Source: Gemmatimonadota bacterium (GTDB taxonomy: Bacteria > Gemmatimonadota > Gemmatimonadetes > Gemmatimonadales > GWC2-71-9). From it: a DNA stretch of 64,000 nt. Below the pieces are notes generated by a model. It saw nothing but the letters and a program-made list of their open reading frames with translations, was not told where the DNA came from and searched no databases. The stretch covers positions 30,214-94,213 of the forward strand of contig JBGQKD010000011.1 in the NCBI GenBank assembly GCA_041499375.1, given 5' to 3'. This document shows, in pieces, positions 1 to 9,721 of the stretch (the first letter of the stretch is position 1; each line of letters begins with the position of its first letter). Both the position numbers and the translations under genes were made by a program.

Positions 1-611
1 AGAGCCAGCGGCGCGCCGAGCGAGCACTCAAGGAATGCGTGTTCACGGACGAGCTCGTGCCTGTGCCGCTGCCGGATGGCTCGACCTTTTCGAAGGACGA
101 GTATCCGCGGGCAGGAACGACGCTGGAGAGCATCGCGAAGCTCAAGCCGGCGTTCAAGACGGACGGGACGGTGACGGCGGCCAGCTCGAGTGGGATCAAC
201 GACGGAGCGGCTGCCTTGCTGGTGACGAGTGAAAAGAAGAACGCCATGGCGAGAATTGTTGCGACCGCCGTGTTCGGCGTCGATCCGAGCCGCATGGGTC
301 TCGGACCGATTCCCGCGACGAAGAAGGCGCTCAAACGTGCCGGTCTTACGATCGAGCAGATCGGCCTTGTCGAGCTGAATGAGGCGTTCGCGGCGCAGGC
401 GATTGCCTGCATCCGCGAGCTGAAGCTCGATCCTGAGAAGGTGAACATATACGGTGGTGGAATCGCCCTCGGCCACCCGCTCGGTTGCACCGGAGCCAAG
501 CTGTTAACCACGCTCGTCCACGCCTTGGCACGCCGCAACACGCAGTTCGGTTTGGTAACCATGTGCATCGGCGTCGGCCAGGGCATCGCGATGATCGTGG
601 AGCGCGTCTGA
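1..611 (+). CDS. acetyl-CoA acetyltransferase / 3-ketoacyl-CoA thiolase, C-terminal part (5' end lies outside the window)
   Basis: The reading frame is open to the window edge. It carries thiolase C-terminal signatures NEAFAAQ, GGGIALGHPLGCTGAKL and CIGVGQGIAMIVE. Confidence 0.9.
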   Translation, partial: SQRRAERALKECVFTDELVPVPLPDGSTFSKDEYPRAGTTLESIAKLKPAFKTDGTVTAASSSGINDGAAALLVTSEKKNAMARIVATAVFGVDPSRMGLGPIPATKKALKRAGLTIEQIGLVELNEAFAAQAIACIRELKLDPEKVNIYGGGIALGHPLGCTGAKLLTTLVHALARRNTQFGLVTMCIGVGQGIAMIVERV

Positions 612-1348
612 TGGCGGCGTACGAGCGCATCCTCGTGGAAATCACCGATCATATCGGAACAGCGACGCTTAACCGGCCCGACAAGCTCAACGCCTTCGAT
701 CCCGACATGTGCGAGGATCTGCTCGAAGCGCTCCGCATGCTCGCGGCGGCGGACGCCGTACGCGTCATCGTCATCACGGGTGCGGGCCGCGCCTTCTGCG
801 CCGGCGCCGATCTGGGCGTTCTGGGAACGCAGGGGAATGAGCTCGTACGCGCCGGCAAGACAATAGCGCTCACGATTCGCAATGCGCCCAAGCCGGTGCT
901 CGCCGCGGTGAACGGACCGGCCGCCGGTGGCGGCGCGAACCTGGCGCTCGCGTGCGACTATCGGCTCGCGTCGGATCAGGCGTCGATTGGACAGGTATTT
1001 CACAAGCTCGGACTCACGGTCGACTGGGGCGGCAGCTATTTCCTGCCCCGCTTGACCAGCACCTCGAAGGCGCTGGAGCTGGTGTGGAGCGCGCGAATGG
1101 TGCCGGCCGCGGAAGCCGCGGAGCTCGGACTGTTCGACCGCGTGGTGCCGCACGCCACGCTCGCGGCGGAGACGAAAACGCTGGCACAACGCTGGGCGGG
1201 CATGGCGCCGCTCGCCGTGCGCAAGGCGAAGCACGCGCTCTACAAATCGGAGCACAGCACGCTCGAGGACATGCTCGACCTCGAGATCGCAGACCAAGAG
1301 ACCCTCTTTGCAACCCCCGAGGCACGCCAACTCATAAGGAATCGCTGA
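611..1348 (+). CDS. enoyl-CoA hydratase/isomerase (crotonase family)
   Basis: Crotonase motifs NRPDKLNAF, ITGAGRAFCAGADL and AAVNGPAAGGGANLALACD are present. The ATG at 611 overlaps the thiolase stop (TGATG). Confidence 0.9.
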   Translation: MAAYERILVEITDHIGTATLNRPDKLNAFDPDMCEDLLEALRMLAAADAVRVIVITGAGRAFCAGADLGVLGTQGNELVRAGKTIALTIRNAPKPVLAAVNGPAAGGGANLALACDYRLASDQASIGQVFHKLGLTVDWGGSYFLPRLTSTSKALELVWSARMVPAAEAAELGLFDRVVPHATLAAETKTLAQRWAGMAPLAVRKAKHALYKSEHSTLEDMLDLEIADQETLFATPEARQLIRNR

Positions 1349-2475
1349 TGGTCCGCAAACTCCACAACTTCGACGACTGGATCGACTACTTCCGGTACTG
1401 GCAGGACTCGATCGGCCTGCCGCAGGGCGATCTTCGCAAGTACGGGTTCGAGGCAAAGTTCGGCGAGCCCGAAGTCCCCCACATCGAGTTCGGGCATTAC
1501 AAAGGCCAGCGCAAATGGCCGACCGTGATGCACATCCCCGACCAGCGCATCCGTGACGCGCTGCTCAACCTGATCGTGTATCAGGGCGACACCGAATTCG
1601 CGTCCGTCGAGCAGCAGCGCAACCTGCTGCAGCACGCGCCCTCCGACTACGATCTCCTGTCGCTGCAGCGCGTCATGACCGAAGAGATGCGACACGGGTG
1701 GCAGATGTCCTACCTGCTGTGCACCCATTTCGGGGACGAGGGCAAACGCGAAGCCGCCAAGCTGCTCGAGCGCCGCGCCGACGAAGGCGAGCGGCTGCTC
1801 GGCTCCTTCAACGAGATCGTGGACAACTGGCTCGACTTCTTCACCTACACGCAGTTCATCGACCGCGACGGCAAGTTTCAGCTGAAGATGCTTTCCGTTT
1901 CTGCATTCGATCCGCTCTCCCGCTCGATGGGTCCGATGCTCAAGGAGGAGTCTTACCACCTCGGCACCGGCAACAACGGGCTGCTCCGCATCGTGAAAGC
2001 GGGCAAGATGCCGCCCGAGGTGATCCAGCGCTTCTTCTATAAGTGGATCCCGACGGCATTCGATCTCTTTGGCACGGACAACTCGTCGTCCGCGCATTGG
2101 GCGTATGTATGGGGACTCAAAGGGCGATACGACGAACGCGAACTGGGCGACGGGGCCGAGCCCGATAAGAGCAAGTTGAACGAACTGGCGCGCGGGCTGT
2201 ACCGCCAGGAGATCGTGAAGTTGATCGAGCGTCTGAACATGTTCATCCCCGAGGGCGAACGGCAGCTCAAGGTCCCCGACTTGAAGTTCAACCGCCGCAT
2301 CGGCATGTACGCGCATCAGCACTTCACTGTGGACGGGCAGCCGCTCGACGAGGCGAAATATCCGGCGTATCTGGAATCGGTGCTGCCGCGCCCCGAAGAC
2401 ATCGCGCGCGTGCACGACATCGAAAAAGAACCGAACTGGATCGAGCCGAAGAAAGCCGACAGCCTGCAGCAGTGA
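1348..2475 (+). CDS. ferritin-like diiron acyl-CoA oxygenase/epoxidase, BoxB/PaaA family (about 375 aa, shorter than canonical BoxB)
   Basis: There are two ExxH diiron motifs (TEEMRHGW and KEESYHLG). The stretch QGDTEFASVEQQRNL...FIDRDGKFQLKMLSVSAFDPLSRS resembles benzoyl-CoA epoxidase BoxB as I remember it. The ATG at 1348 overlaps the upstream stop (TGATG). Confidence 0.65.
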   Translation: MVRKLHNFDDWIDYFRYWQDSIGLPQGDLRKYGFEAKFGEPEVPHIEFGHYKGQRKWPTVMHIPDQRIRDALLNLIVYQGDTEFASVEQQRNLLQHAPSDYDLLSLQRVMTEEMRHGWQMSYLLCTHFGDEGKREAAKLLERRADEGERLLGSFNEIVDNWLDFFTYTQFIDRDGKFQLKMLSVSAFDPLSRSMGPMLKEESYHLGTGNNGLLRIVKAGKMPPEVIQRFFYKWIPTAFDLFGTDNSSSAHWAYVWGLKGRYDERELGDGAEPDKSKLNELARGLYRQEIVKLIERLNMFIPEGERQLKVPDLKFNRRIGMYAHQHFTVDGQPLDEAKYPAYLESVLPRPEDIARVHDIEKEPNWIEPKKADSLQQ

Positions 2476-3164
2476 AGCCCGCCCCTCTGGTCATTGCCCA
2501 CCGGGGCGCCTCCAGCATCGCGCTGGAGAACTCCCTGGCCGCGTTCCGCGCGGCCGCCGGCCAGGGAGCCGACGGCGTGGAGCTCGATGTCCACGCCACG
2601 CTCGACGGCGAGATCGTCGTCCATCACGACCCGTCGGTCCTCGGCCTGCCGATTGCGCAGGCGCGCTGGCGCGACCTCGCTGCCGTGCCGCTGGCGAACG
2701 GCGAACCCATCCCCACACTCGCCCAGGCGCTCGATGTCCTGGGCAAGCTCAAAGTCTTCGTCGAGGTGAAAGTCCTGGATCCCCGCTGGGACGACAAGTT
2801 TCTGGCAACGCTCGATCGCGGCCCGAACCCGAACGGCTATGCCGTGCACAGCTTTGCGTTCCAGGTGGTGCGGCGGCTCGGTGAGAAACGGCCCTCGCTC
2901 CCGCGTGGCGTCCTGTCCGAGGTACCAACCAAAAACCCGACGCAGACGCTCGCCGACGCGTCGGCGCAGACGCTGTGGCAGGAGCGCTCGACGATCGACG
3001 AGGCACTCGTGAAGGAGGTGCACGGGCTCGGCGCCGGCATCTTTGCCTGGACCGTCGATAGTCCCAGTGATATGGAGCGCCTGGTCTGGTGGGGCGTGGA
3101 TGGCATTTGCACCAATCATCCCGAGCGCGCCCGCCCGATCGTGGACGCGTCCCGCGCCGCATGA
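2472..3164 (+). CDS. glycerophosphodiester phosphodiesterase (GDPD family)
   Basis: The N-terminal motif is VIAHRGASSIALENSLAAF...GADGVELDVHATLDGEIVVHHD. The GTG start overlaps the upstream stop. Confidence 0.85.
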   Translation: MKPAPLVIAHRGASSIALENSLAAFRAAAGQGADGVELDVHATLDGEIVVHHDPSVLGLPIAQARWRDLAAVPLANGEPIPTLAQALDVLGKLKVFVEVKVLDPRWDDKFLATLDRGPNPNGYAVHSFAFQVVRRLGEKRPSLPRGVLSEVPTKNPTQTLADASAQTLWQERSTIDEALVKEVHGLGAGIFAWTVDSPSDMERLVWWGVDGICTNHPERARPIVDASRAA

Positions 3165-4012
3165 AACGCGTCGCCGTCATCGGTGCGGGCACGATGGGCC
3201 ACGGCATCGCCTACGTCGCGGCGGTCGCGGGATGCGATGTGCGGCTTACGGATGCCCGGGCAGACTCCCTGCCCCAGGCGCTGGACAAGATCGAAGCGCT
3301 GCTCGTGAGCGGCGTCAAACGCGGGAAGCTGGCGGCGAACGAACACGCCGCGATTCGAAAACGGATTCAGGCCGAGCCGCAGATTCGAGCGGCAGTGAGC
3401 GATGCCGATATCGTGATCGAGGCGGTCGTGGAGGATCTCGCGATCAAGCAGCGTCTGTTTGCGGACGTGGAGCGCGCGGCGCCGCCGGGCGCCCTGCTCG
3501 CCTCGAACACGTCGTCGCTCTCCATCGGGCAGATCGCGTCGGCGATGACCCAGCCGGCGCGGCTCGTGGGCATGCATTTCTTCAATCCCGTACACGTGAT
3601 GAAACTGGTCGAGATCGTCACGCATGGGCGCGACAGCCGTCCGGCGGCAGAGCGCGCCGTCGAATTCGCGCGCGACCTCGGCAAAGAACCGATCGTCGTG
3701 CGCGACTCCCCCGGCTTTGCGTCGAGCCGGCTCGGCGTGGTGCTGGGACTCGAAGCGATGCGGATGCTCGAGCAGGATGTCGCGAGTGCGGAGGACATCG
3801 ACAAGGCGATGGAGCTGGGCTACAACCATCCGATGGGGCCGCTCAAGCTCACCGATCTCGTCGGCCTCGACGTGCGGTTGGCCATCGCCGAGTATCTGCA
3901 TGCGACGCTCGGCAAGCCGCAGTACGAGCCGCCGAAGATTCTGAAGGAGAAAGTGAAGAAGGGCGAGCTGGGGAAGAAAACGGGAAAGGGGTTCTACACC
4001 TGGAGCGATTGA
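3161..4012 (+). CDS. 3-hydroxyacyl-CoA (3-hydroxybutyryl-CoA) dehydrogenase
   Basis: It has a Rossmann motif VAVIGAGTMGHGIA plus NTSSLSI, HFFNPV and PGFASSRL. The ATG at 3161 forms an ATGA overlap with the GDPD stop. The 5' part of track ORF 3089 is discarded. Confidence 0.9.
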   Translation: MKRVAVIGAGTMGHGIAYVAAVAGCDVRLTDARADSLPQALDKIEALLVSGVKRGKLAANEHAAIRKRIQAEPQIRAAVSDADIVIEAVVEDLAIKQRLFADVERAAPPGALLASNTSSLSIGQIASAMTQPARLVGMHFFNPVHVMKLVEIVTHGRDSRPAAERAVEFARDLGKEPIVVRDSPGFASSRLGVVLGLEAMRMLEQDVASAEDIDKAMELGYNHPMGPLKLTDLVGLDVRLAIAEYLHATLGKPQYEPPKILKEKVKKGELGKKTGKGFYTWSD

Positions 4013-4866
4013 CCCGTATCACCGACGTCCACATCCATATCCAGCCGTGGCGCGACCTCAAGCCCCAGGTTCAGGAGGCGATGCGCAAGGGGAAGGAAGA
4101 TCACTGGCAGTTCCTGATCTCCGTCATGGACGATCCGCGCGCGCTGCTCGAGGTCATGGACAAGTCGGGGGTCTGGCGCGTAGGCCTGGTCAACTACCCC
4201 AGTCCCGACATCATGGGATTCGACGATTCGACGAACACCTTCGCCGCGAAGTACGCGCGAGCGAACCCCGAGCGGTTGCTGCCGTACGGCGGCGTGCATG
4301 CGCGCTTCACCCGCGATCCGGCGGGTGACGTCGATCGCCTGATCGATTTGGGCATCCGGCTGCTCAAGGTGCATCCGCCCCACCAGGCCTTCCCCGCCAA
4401 TGCGTACACCGACGGCCTCACGGCGCTCGGCAAGATCTACCGGCGCTGCGAGGAGCGCGGTTTGCCGGTCATGATCCACACCGGCACCTCGATCTTTCCG
4501 GGGGCGCGGTCGAAGTACGGCAACCCGATGGAGCTGGACGACGTCGCCATCGATTTCCCCGATCTACAGCTGGTGATGGCGCACGGCGGACGGCCGCTGT
4601 ACATGGAGGAGGCATTTTTCATCCTGCGACGTCATGGGAAAGTCAGACTGGACGTGTCGGGCATTCCGCCGTCCAAGCTGCTGGAGTACTTTCCCCGCCT
4701 GACGGAGATCACCGGCCGTGTGCTCTGGGGCACCGATTGGCCCAGCCCGGGCGTGAAGGATCTCCGGCAGAACATCGATCAGTTCCTGGCCCTACCGCTT
4801 ACGAAAGAGCAGCAACACGCGATCCTCGAAACCAACGCGCTGACGCTATTTCCCGTGGAGCTCTGA
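4009..4866 (+). CDS. amidohydrolase_2 family metal-dependent hydrolase (TIM barrel)
   Basis: Motifs DVHIHI (HxH), HTGTS, MAHGG and WGTDWP are present. No ATG lies upstream of the HxH motif, so I infer a TTG start at 4009 (TTGA overlap with the upstream stop). The first 322 aa of track ORF 3043 overlap other genes and are rejected. Confidence 0.72.
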   Translation: MTRITDVHIHIQPWRDLKPQVQEAMRKGKEDHWQFLISVMDDPRALLEVMDKSGVWRVGLVNYPSPDIMGFDDSTNTFAAKYARANPERLLPYGGVHARFTRDPAGDVDRLIDLGIRLLKVHPPHQAFPANAYTDGLTALGKIYRRCEERGLPVMIHTGTSIFPGARSKYGNPMELDDVAIDFPDLQLVMAHGGRPLYMEEAFFILRRHGKVRLDVSGIPPSKLLEYFPRLTEITGRVLWGTDWPSPGVKDLRQNIDQFLALPLTKEQQHAILETNALTLFPVEL

Positions 4867-4870
4867 CCCC

Positions 4871-6229
4871 ATGCGCAAATTGTTTGCCTTGGTGCTGCTT
4901 CTTCCTGCAACGTTGCGGGCGCAGACGCCCGCGGGCCGCATCGCGTTCGAGCAGTTCACGCTGCCCAACGGCCTGCGTGTCATCTATTCCGAAGACCACT
5001 CGACGCCGATCGTCACCGTCGATGTGTGGTACGAGGTCGGGTCGCGCAACGAGCGTCCCGGTCGCTCCGGCTTCGCGCACCTCTTCGAGCACATGATGTT
5101 CCAGGGGTCGGCGCATATCAAAAAGGCCGAGCACAACAAGCTGATCGAGCGCGCCGGCGGCGAGTTCAATGGTAGCACGGCCGAGGACCGCACCAATTAT
5201 TGGGAGACGGTGCCGTCGAACCGCCTCAACCTGGCGCTCTGGGCGGAATCGGATCGGATGCGCTCGCTCGCGATCACCGAAGAGAGCTTCGAGAATCAGC
5301 GCCAGGCGGTGAAAGAGGAGCGCCGGCTCCGCGTCGACAACCAGCCCTACCAGGCTGCCTTCACGGACGGGCTGACCTGGCCGTTCGACAGCACGAGTTG
5401 CTTCCCGTACGCGCACACCGTCATCGGCTCGATGGCTGATCTCGACGCGGCGAAGCTCCCCGATGTCCAGGCGTTCTTCGACAGCTACTACGCTCCCAAC
5501 AATGCGACGCTCGTCATCGTGGGCGACTTTTTCCCGGGCGAGCTTCGCAGGCTCGTGAATCAGTACTTTGCCGGAGCGCCGAGTCACCCGGTGCCCGAAG
5601 CGCCGCGGTGTGAGGCGACCACGAGCGGCTCCGCGCCTCGGCGGCGCGAGGTGCACGACGCGCAGGCGAATCTGGACGCGCTGCTCCGCATCTACCGCAT
5701 TCCCGAGCATCGCCACGCCGATACGCCGGCGCTCGAGATCCTCAACATCATCCTCGGCCAGGGCGAGAGCTCGCGCCTCAATGTCGCGGTGGTGCGCCGC
5801 GAGAAAGCGGCCGTCGCGACCGGGGCGATTCTCAACCCGTTCGGATCGCGCAACGGGCCGGGCATCTGGGTCGCGTTCGGCATCGTGAACTCGGGCGTGC
5901 CCGCCGATCGGATGGACAGCCTGATCGGCGTCCAGTTGGACAGCATCCACGCGAACGGCATCACGCCGGCCGAGCTGGAGAAAGCGAAAAACGCATTGCG
6001 GGCCGGATTCATCGGAAACCGGGAGACCACGTTGGGCAAAGCGGAAGAGCTGCATCACTATCTGACCTTTCACAATTCGATCGACGAGATCAACACCGAT
6101 CTCGACCGTCTGCTCGCCGTCACGAGCGACGATGTGAAGCGCGTCGCCAACATCTATCTCGCTCCTGGCAACTTGACGCTGCTGATCGTCCGTGCGGGTG
6201 CGGCCCCGTCGTCCGGGGGTGCCCAGTGA
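4871..6229 (+). CDS. secreted M16 (pitrilysin/insulinase) zinc peptidase, catalytically competent subunit
   Basis: It has a signal peptide MRKLFALVLLLPATLRAQ and an inverted zinc motif HLFEHMMFQGS (HxxEH). Confidence 0.87.
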   Translation: MRKLFALVLLLPATLRAQTPAGRIAFEQFTLPNGLRVIYSEDHSTPIVTVDVWYEVGSRNERPGRSGFAHLFEHMMFQGSAHIKKAEHNKLIERAGGEFNGSTAEDRTNYWETVPSNRLNLALWAESDRMRSLAITEESFENQRQAVKEERRLRVDNQPYQAAFTDGLTWPFDSTSCFPYAHTVIGSMADLDAAKLPDVQAFFDSYYAPNNATLVIVGDFFPGELRRLVNQYFAGAPSHPVPEAPRCEATTSGSAPRRREVHDAQANLDALLRIYRIPEHRHADTPALEILNIILGQGESSRLNVAVVRREKAAVATGAILNPFGSRNGPGIWVAFGIVNSGVPADRMDSLIGVQLDSIHANGITPAELEKAKNALRAGFIGNRETTLGKAEELHHYLTFHNSIDEINTDLDRLLAVTSDDVKRVANIYLAPGNLTLLIVRAGAAPSSGGAQ

Positions 6230-8298
6230 GAGCGGTCCGTGGGTTAGCCGCGCTGCTGCTCGTCGCCGGGACGCTCGCCGCCCAAGAACCCTTCCCCACC
6301 CGTGCCCCGGCCCCCGCCCGGCTCCGGCCCGTGCTGTTCCCGGCATTCCGTGAAGTCGCGCTGCCGAACGGGATGACGCTGTTGCTGGTCGAGAATCACG
6401 AGCAGCCGACGCTGGCGATCAGTCTCAGCTTTCGCGCCGGCAGTGCGTACGATCCCGCCGGGAAAGAAGGCGTCGCCGCGTTGGTTGCCGAGCTGCTGAC
6501 CAAGGGCACCCCGACGCGCACCGCCGATCAGATCGCGGCCGAGATCGAAGGGGTCGGCGGCAGCATCGGTGCGAGCGCGGGCGATGACTTCTTCACGGTC
6601 TCGACCGACGTGCTGAGTGATCATGCCGACCTCGCCTTCAACCTGCTCGGCGATGTGACGCGACGCGCCACGTACCCGGCCGACGAGCTCGAGCTGGCGC
6701 GCACGCGGTTCCTGTCATCGCTCGAGGTGGAGCTGTCCCAGGCCGGGAACGTCGCCGCGCGCGCATTCCAGAAGGAGATCTACGGCCGGAATCCGTACGG
6801 CCGAAACACCAGCGTCGCGGCGTACAGGGCGATCACCCGCGAAGACGTCGTCGCCTTTGCGGGACGTCGCTTGCGCGCCGGCGGCTCGCTCCTCGTCGTC
6901 TCCGGTGACATCACGCTGCCGCAAGCCCGAGCACTGGCGACTCAGGCGTTCGGCACCTGGCGCGGCGCCGCGGCACCGACGTCGGCCTTCCCCGCCGCTC
7001 CGACCAAGCGCGGCACCGACATCCTGCTCGTCAACCGGCCGGGTTCGGTGCAGTCGAACATCGTCATCGGCAACACGACGTTCACGCCGACGGACAGCGG
7101 CTACTACGCGGCGCGCATCGCGACCCATGTGCTGGGCGGCGGCAGTGACTCGCGCCTCTTCATGATCCTGCGCGAGCAGAAGAGCTGGACGTACGGCGCG
7201 TACGCCGCGCTGCGTCGCAACCGCGGCATGGGCTACTGGCAAGCCACGTTCGAAGGTCGCACCGAGGTCACCGACAGCGCGCTCGCGGAATTGCTGCACC
7301 AGATCGACCGGGTCCGCACCGAGACCTTTCCCGACAGCGAGCTGGTCGCGGCGAAGGGATTCCTCGTCGGCTCATTCCCGCTCACGATCGAGACGCCACG
7401 CCAGATCGCGCAGGTCGTGACGAACGCGCGGCTGCTCGGCCTCGGTCCCGATTATATCCAGCGCTACCGCGATCGGCTGACGGCGGTGAGTGGCCCGCGC
7501 GCGCGGGCCGCCGCTCAGCGGGTGTACAAGCGTGACGCACTTACGATCGTGGTGGTCGGTGATGCCAAGGCGGTCTACGACAGGCTCAAAGCGATTGCGC
7601 CCGTTCGGCTCGTGGACGTCGAGGGCAAAGCGATGGATCCCGCCGAGCTGAATCCCACGGGCGGGCCCGTCACCTTCGACCGCAGTCAGATCGTGGCGCG
7701 CAGCGACAGTTTCCAGGCGCTGGTGCAAGGCAACGTGTTCGGCGGACAGAGCGCGAAAGCCGTGGTTGACGGTGACTCGATCGTCTACAGCGAATCGACG
7801 GTGATCGGTCCGTTCCAGCAGCAATCGACGGTCGTGCTGAATCGGGACCTCTCGATGCGCCGCACCGATCAGACCGGCCTGGTGCAGGGTCAGCGTACGG
7901 AGATACATCTGGTCTACGCCGGCGGGCGCGTGAAGGGCACGAGCCAGTCGCCGCTCCCCGGTGCTGCCCCAAAGACGATCACCGTCGATACGACGGTTGC
8001 CGACGGGACGATCGACGACAACGCGCTCGCTGTTCTGTTGCCCGCGCTGCCGCTGGCGCAAGGCCAGACGTTCAATCTGAATGTCTTCTCGTCCGGTGAG
8101 GGTACGACCAAAGTCGTCAGCGTGAAGGTCACCGCGATCGAAAGTGTGGTGGTTCCCGCCGGGACGTTCCCCGCCTACCGGCTCGAGCTGTCCGGGATGC
8201 AGTTGCCGATCGTGATGCACGTAACTCAGCAGGCGCCGCGGCGGATCGTGCGTGTCGCGCCGACGGGAGCGCCGCTGGTGTTCGAACTCGTGAAATAA
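6226..8298 (+). CDS. secreted M16-family protein lacking HxxEH (non-catalytic partner) with a 225-aa C-terminal beta-rich extension
   Basis: It has a signal peptide MRAVRGLAALLLVAGTLAAQ. The M16 fold motifs are present but VAELLTKGT stands where HxxEH would be. At 690 aa it is about 230 aa longer than a normal M16 protein. It has a 4-nt overlap with the upstream gene. Confidence 0.75.
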   Translation: MRAVRGLAALLLVAGTLAAQEPFPTRAPAPARLRPVLFPAFREVALPNGMTLLLVENHEQPTLAISLSFRAGSAYDPAGKEGVAALVAELLTKGTPTRTADQIAAEIEGVGGSIGASAGDDFFTVSTDVLSDHADLAFNLLGDVTRRATYPADELELARTRFLSSLEVELSQAGNVAARAFQKEIYGRNPYGRNTSVAAYRAITREDVVAFAGRRLRAGGSLLVVSGDITLPQARALATQAFGTWRGAAAPTSAFPAAPTKRGTDILLVNRPGSVQSNIVIGNTTFTPTDSGYYAARIATHVLGGGSDSRLFMILREQKSWTYGAYAALRRNRGMGYWQATFEGRTEVTDSALAELLHQIDRVRTETFPDSELVAAKGFLVGSFPLTIETPRQIAQVVTNARLLGLGPDYIQRYRDRLTAVSGPRARAAAQRVYKRDALTIVVVGDAKAVYDRLKAIAPVRLVDVEGKAMDPAELNPTGGPVTFDRSQIVARSDSFQALVQGNVFGGQSAKAVVDGDSIVYSESTVIGPFQQQSTVVLNRDLSMRRTDQTGLVQGQRTEIHLVYAGGRVKGTSQSPLPGAAPKTITVDTTVADGTIDDNALAVLLPALPLAQGQTFNLNVFSSGEGTTKVVSVKVTAIESVVVPAGTFPAYRLELSGMQLPIVMHVTQQAPRRIVRVAPTGAPLVFELVK

Positions 8299-8311
8299 CA
8301 GGAGATCACCC

Positions 8312-9721
8312 ATGCGACATCTGTCGACCGGCTTGGCGCTGGTTCTGCTCGCCGGCTGCGCTTCCGCGGGTGCACGGACGACGACGGCGTCGGCTCCCCC
8401 CCCTGCACCGGCGGCGGGTGCCAGCCGGGAAACGGCGGGGGGTGGGGGGGTCGGCCCACAGTATCCGTCCACATACCAGCGCCATCCCAATCCCCCGGTC
8501 CTGATCCGCAACGCGACGATCATGACGGCGGCGGGACAGGAGATTCAGGGCGGCTCGATCCTGTTCAAGGACGGCCGCATCGTCTCGGTCGGGACGAGCG
8601 TCCAGGCGCCGAGCGACGCGGTCGTGGTGGACGGCACCGGCAAGTGGGTCACGCCCGGCGTGATTGACACGCACTCGCACATCGGGGTGTACGCCGCGCC
8701 CGGGACCTTCGCGGAATCGGACGGCAACGAGGCGACTCGGCCGGTCACCGCCGAGGTCTGGGCCGAGCATTCGTTCTGGCCGCAGGATCCGCAGATCCCG
8801 CTCGCGATCGCCGGCGGCGTGACGACGATCCAGGCGCTCCCCGGATCTGCGAACCTCATCGGCGGGCGCAGCGCCGTGCTGAAGCTCGTGCCCGCGCGGT
8901 CGGTGCAGGAGATGAAATTCCCCGGCGCCCACTACGGGCTGAAGATGGCGTGCGGCGAGAATCCCAAGCGCGTGTACGGACAGCGCGGCGGTCCCTCGAC
9001 GCGCATGGGCAACATGGCCGGCTATCGCGAGGCATTCATCGCGGCGCAGGCGTATCGGCTCAAGTGGGACAAATGGAACAAGGATCATCAAGGCGATCCG
9101 CCGGAGCGCAACCTGCGCAACGAGACGCTCGCCGAGGTGCTGCGCGGCAACATCTACGTGCACAACCACTGCTATCGCGCCGACGAGATGATGCAGATGC
9201 TCGACCTGGCGCACGAATTCGGCTTCAAGATCCGCTCGTTCCATCACGCGGTGGAGGCGTACAAGATCGCGGACGTGCTCGCGCGCGAAGGCACCGCCTC
9301 GTCGATTTGGTCGGACTGGTGGGGCTTCAAGGAAGAAGCGATGGACGGGATCTACGAGAACGGCGCGTTGCTGCAGCAGGCAGGCGCGCGGGTCGTGATC
9401 CACTCCGATGATGCCAGCGGGATTCAGCGACTGAATCAGGAAGCGGCGAAGGCGATGTATCACGGTCGCCGGGCGGGGATCCCCATTACGCGCGATCAGG
9501 CGGTGCGCTGGTTCACGGCCAATCCCGCGTGGGCGCTGGGCCTCGACTCGATCGTCGGCTCGCTCGAGCCCGGCAAGATGGCCGACGTCGTGCTCTGGTC
9601 GGCCGATCCGCTGTCGGTGTATGCCCGCGCCATCCAGGTCTACAATGACGGCTGGCTCGTGTACGATCGCAACGATCCCGCACATCAGCCCAAAACCGAC
9701 TTCTCCTTGGGGCAGCCATGA
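8312..9721 (+). CDS. amidohydrolase-superfamily lipoprotein (dipeptidase/imidazolonepropionase-like)
   Basis: It has a lipobox LLAGC, the metal motif GVIDTHSHIG, and an AGGAG ribosome-binding site upstream of the ATG. Confidence 0.8.
   Translation: MRHLSTGLALVLLAGCASAGARTTTASAPPPAPAAGASRETAGGGGVGPQYPSTYQRHPNPPVLIRNATIMTAAGQEIQGGSILFKDGRIVSVGTSVQAPSDAVVVDGTGKWVTPGVIDTHSHIGVYAAPGTFAESDGNEATRPVTAEVWAEHSFWPQDPQIPLAIAGGVTTIQALPGSANLIGGRSAVLKLVPARSVQEMKFPGAHYGLKMACGENPKRVYGQRGGPSTRMGNMAGYREAFIAAQAYRLKWDKWNKDHQGDPPERNLRNETLAEVLRGNIYVHNHCYRADEMMQMLDLAHEFGFKIRSFHHAVEAYKIADVLAREGTASSIWSDWWGFKEEAMDGIYENGALLQQAGARVVIHSDDASGIQRLNQEAAKAMYHGRRAGIPITRDQAVRWFTANPAWALGLDSIVGSLEPGKMADVVLWSADPLSVYARAIQVYNDGWLVYDRNDPAHQPKTDFSLGQP

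Noticed and set aside
3043-4008. Long 5' extensions of track ORFs: 3043-4008, 952-1347, 485-610, 15823-15918, 33976-34302, 43475-44338, 50730-51482, 46353-46583, 56344-56757 and 62117-62221.
   Set aside because: The extensions overlap the upstream gene in another frame and have spurious-type composition. The recognisable domain begins at an internal ATG, GTG or TTG that abuts or overlaps the upstream stop.
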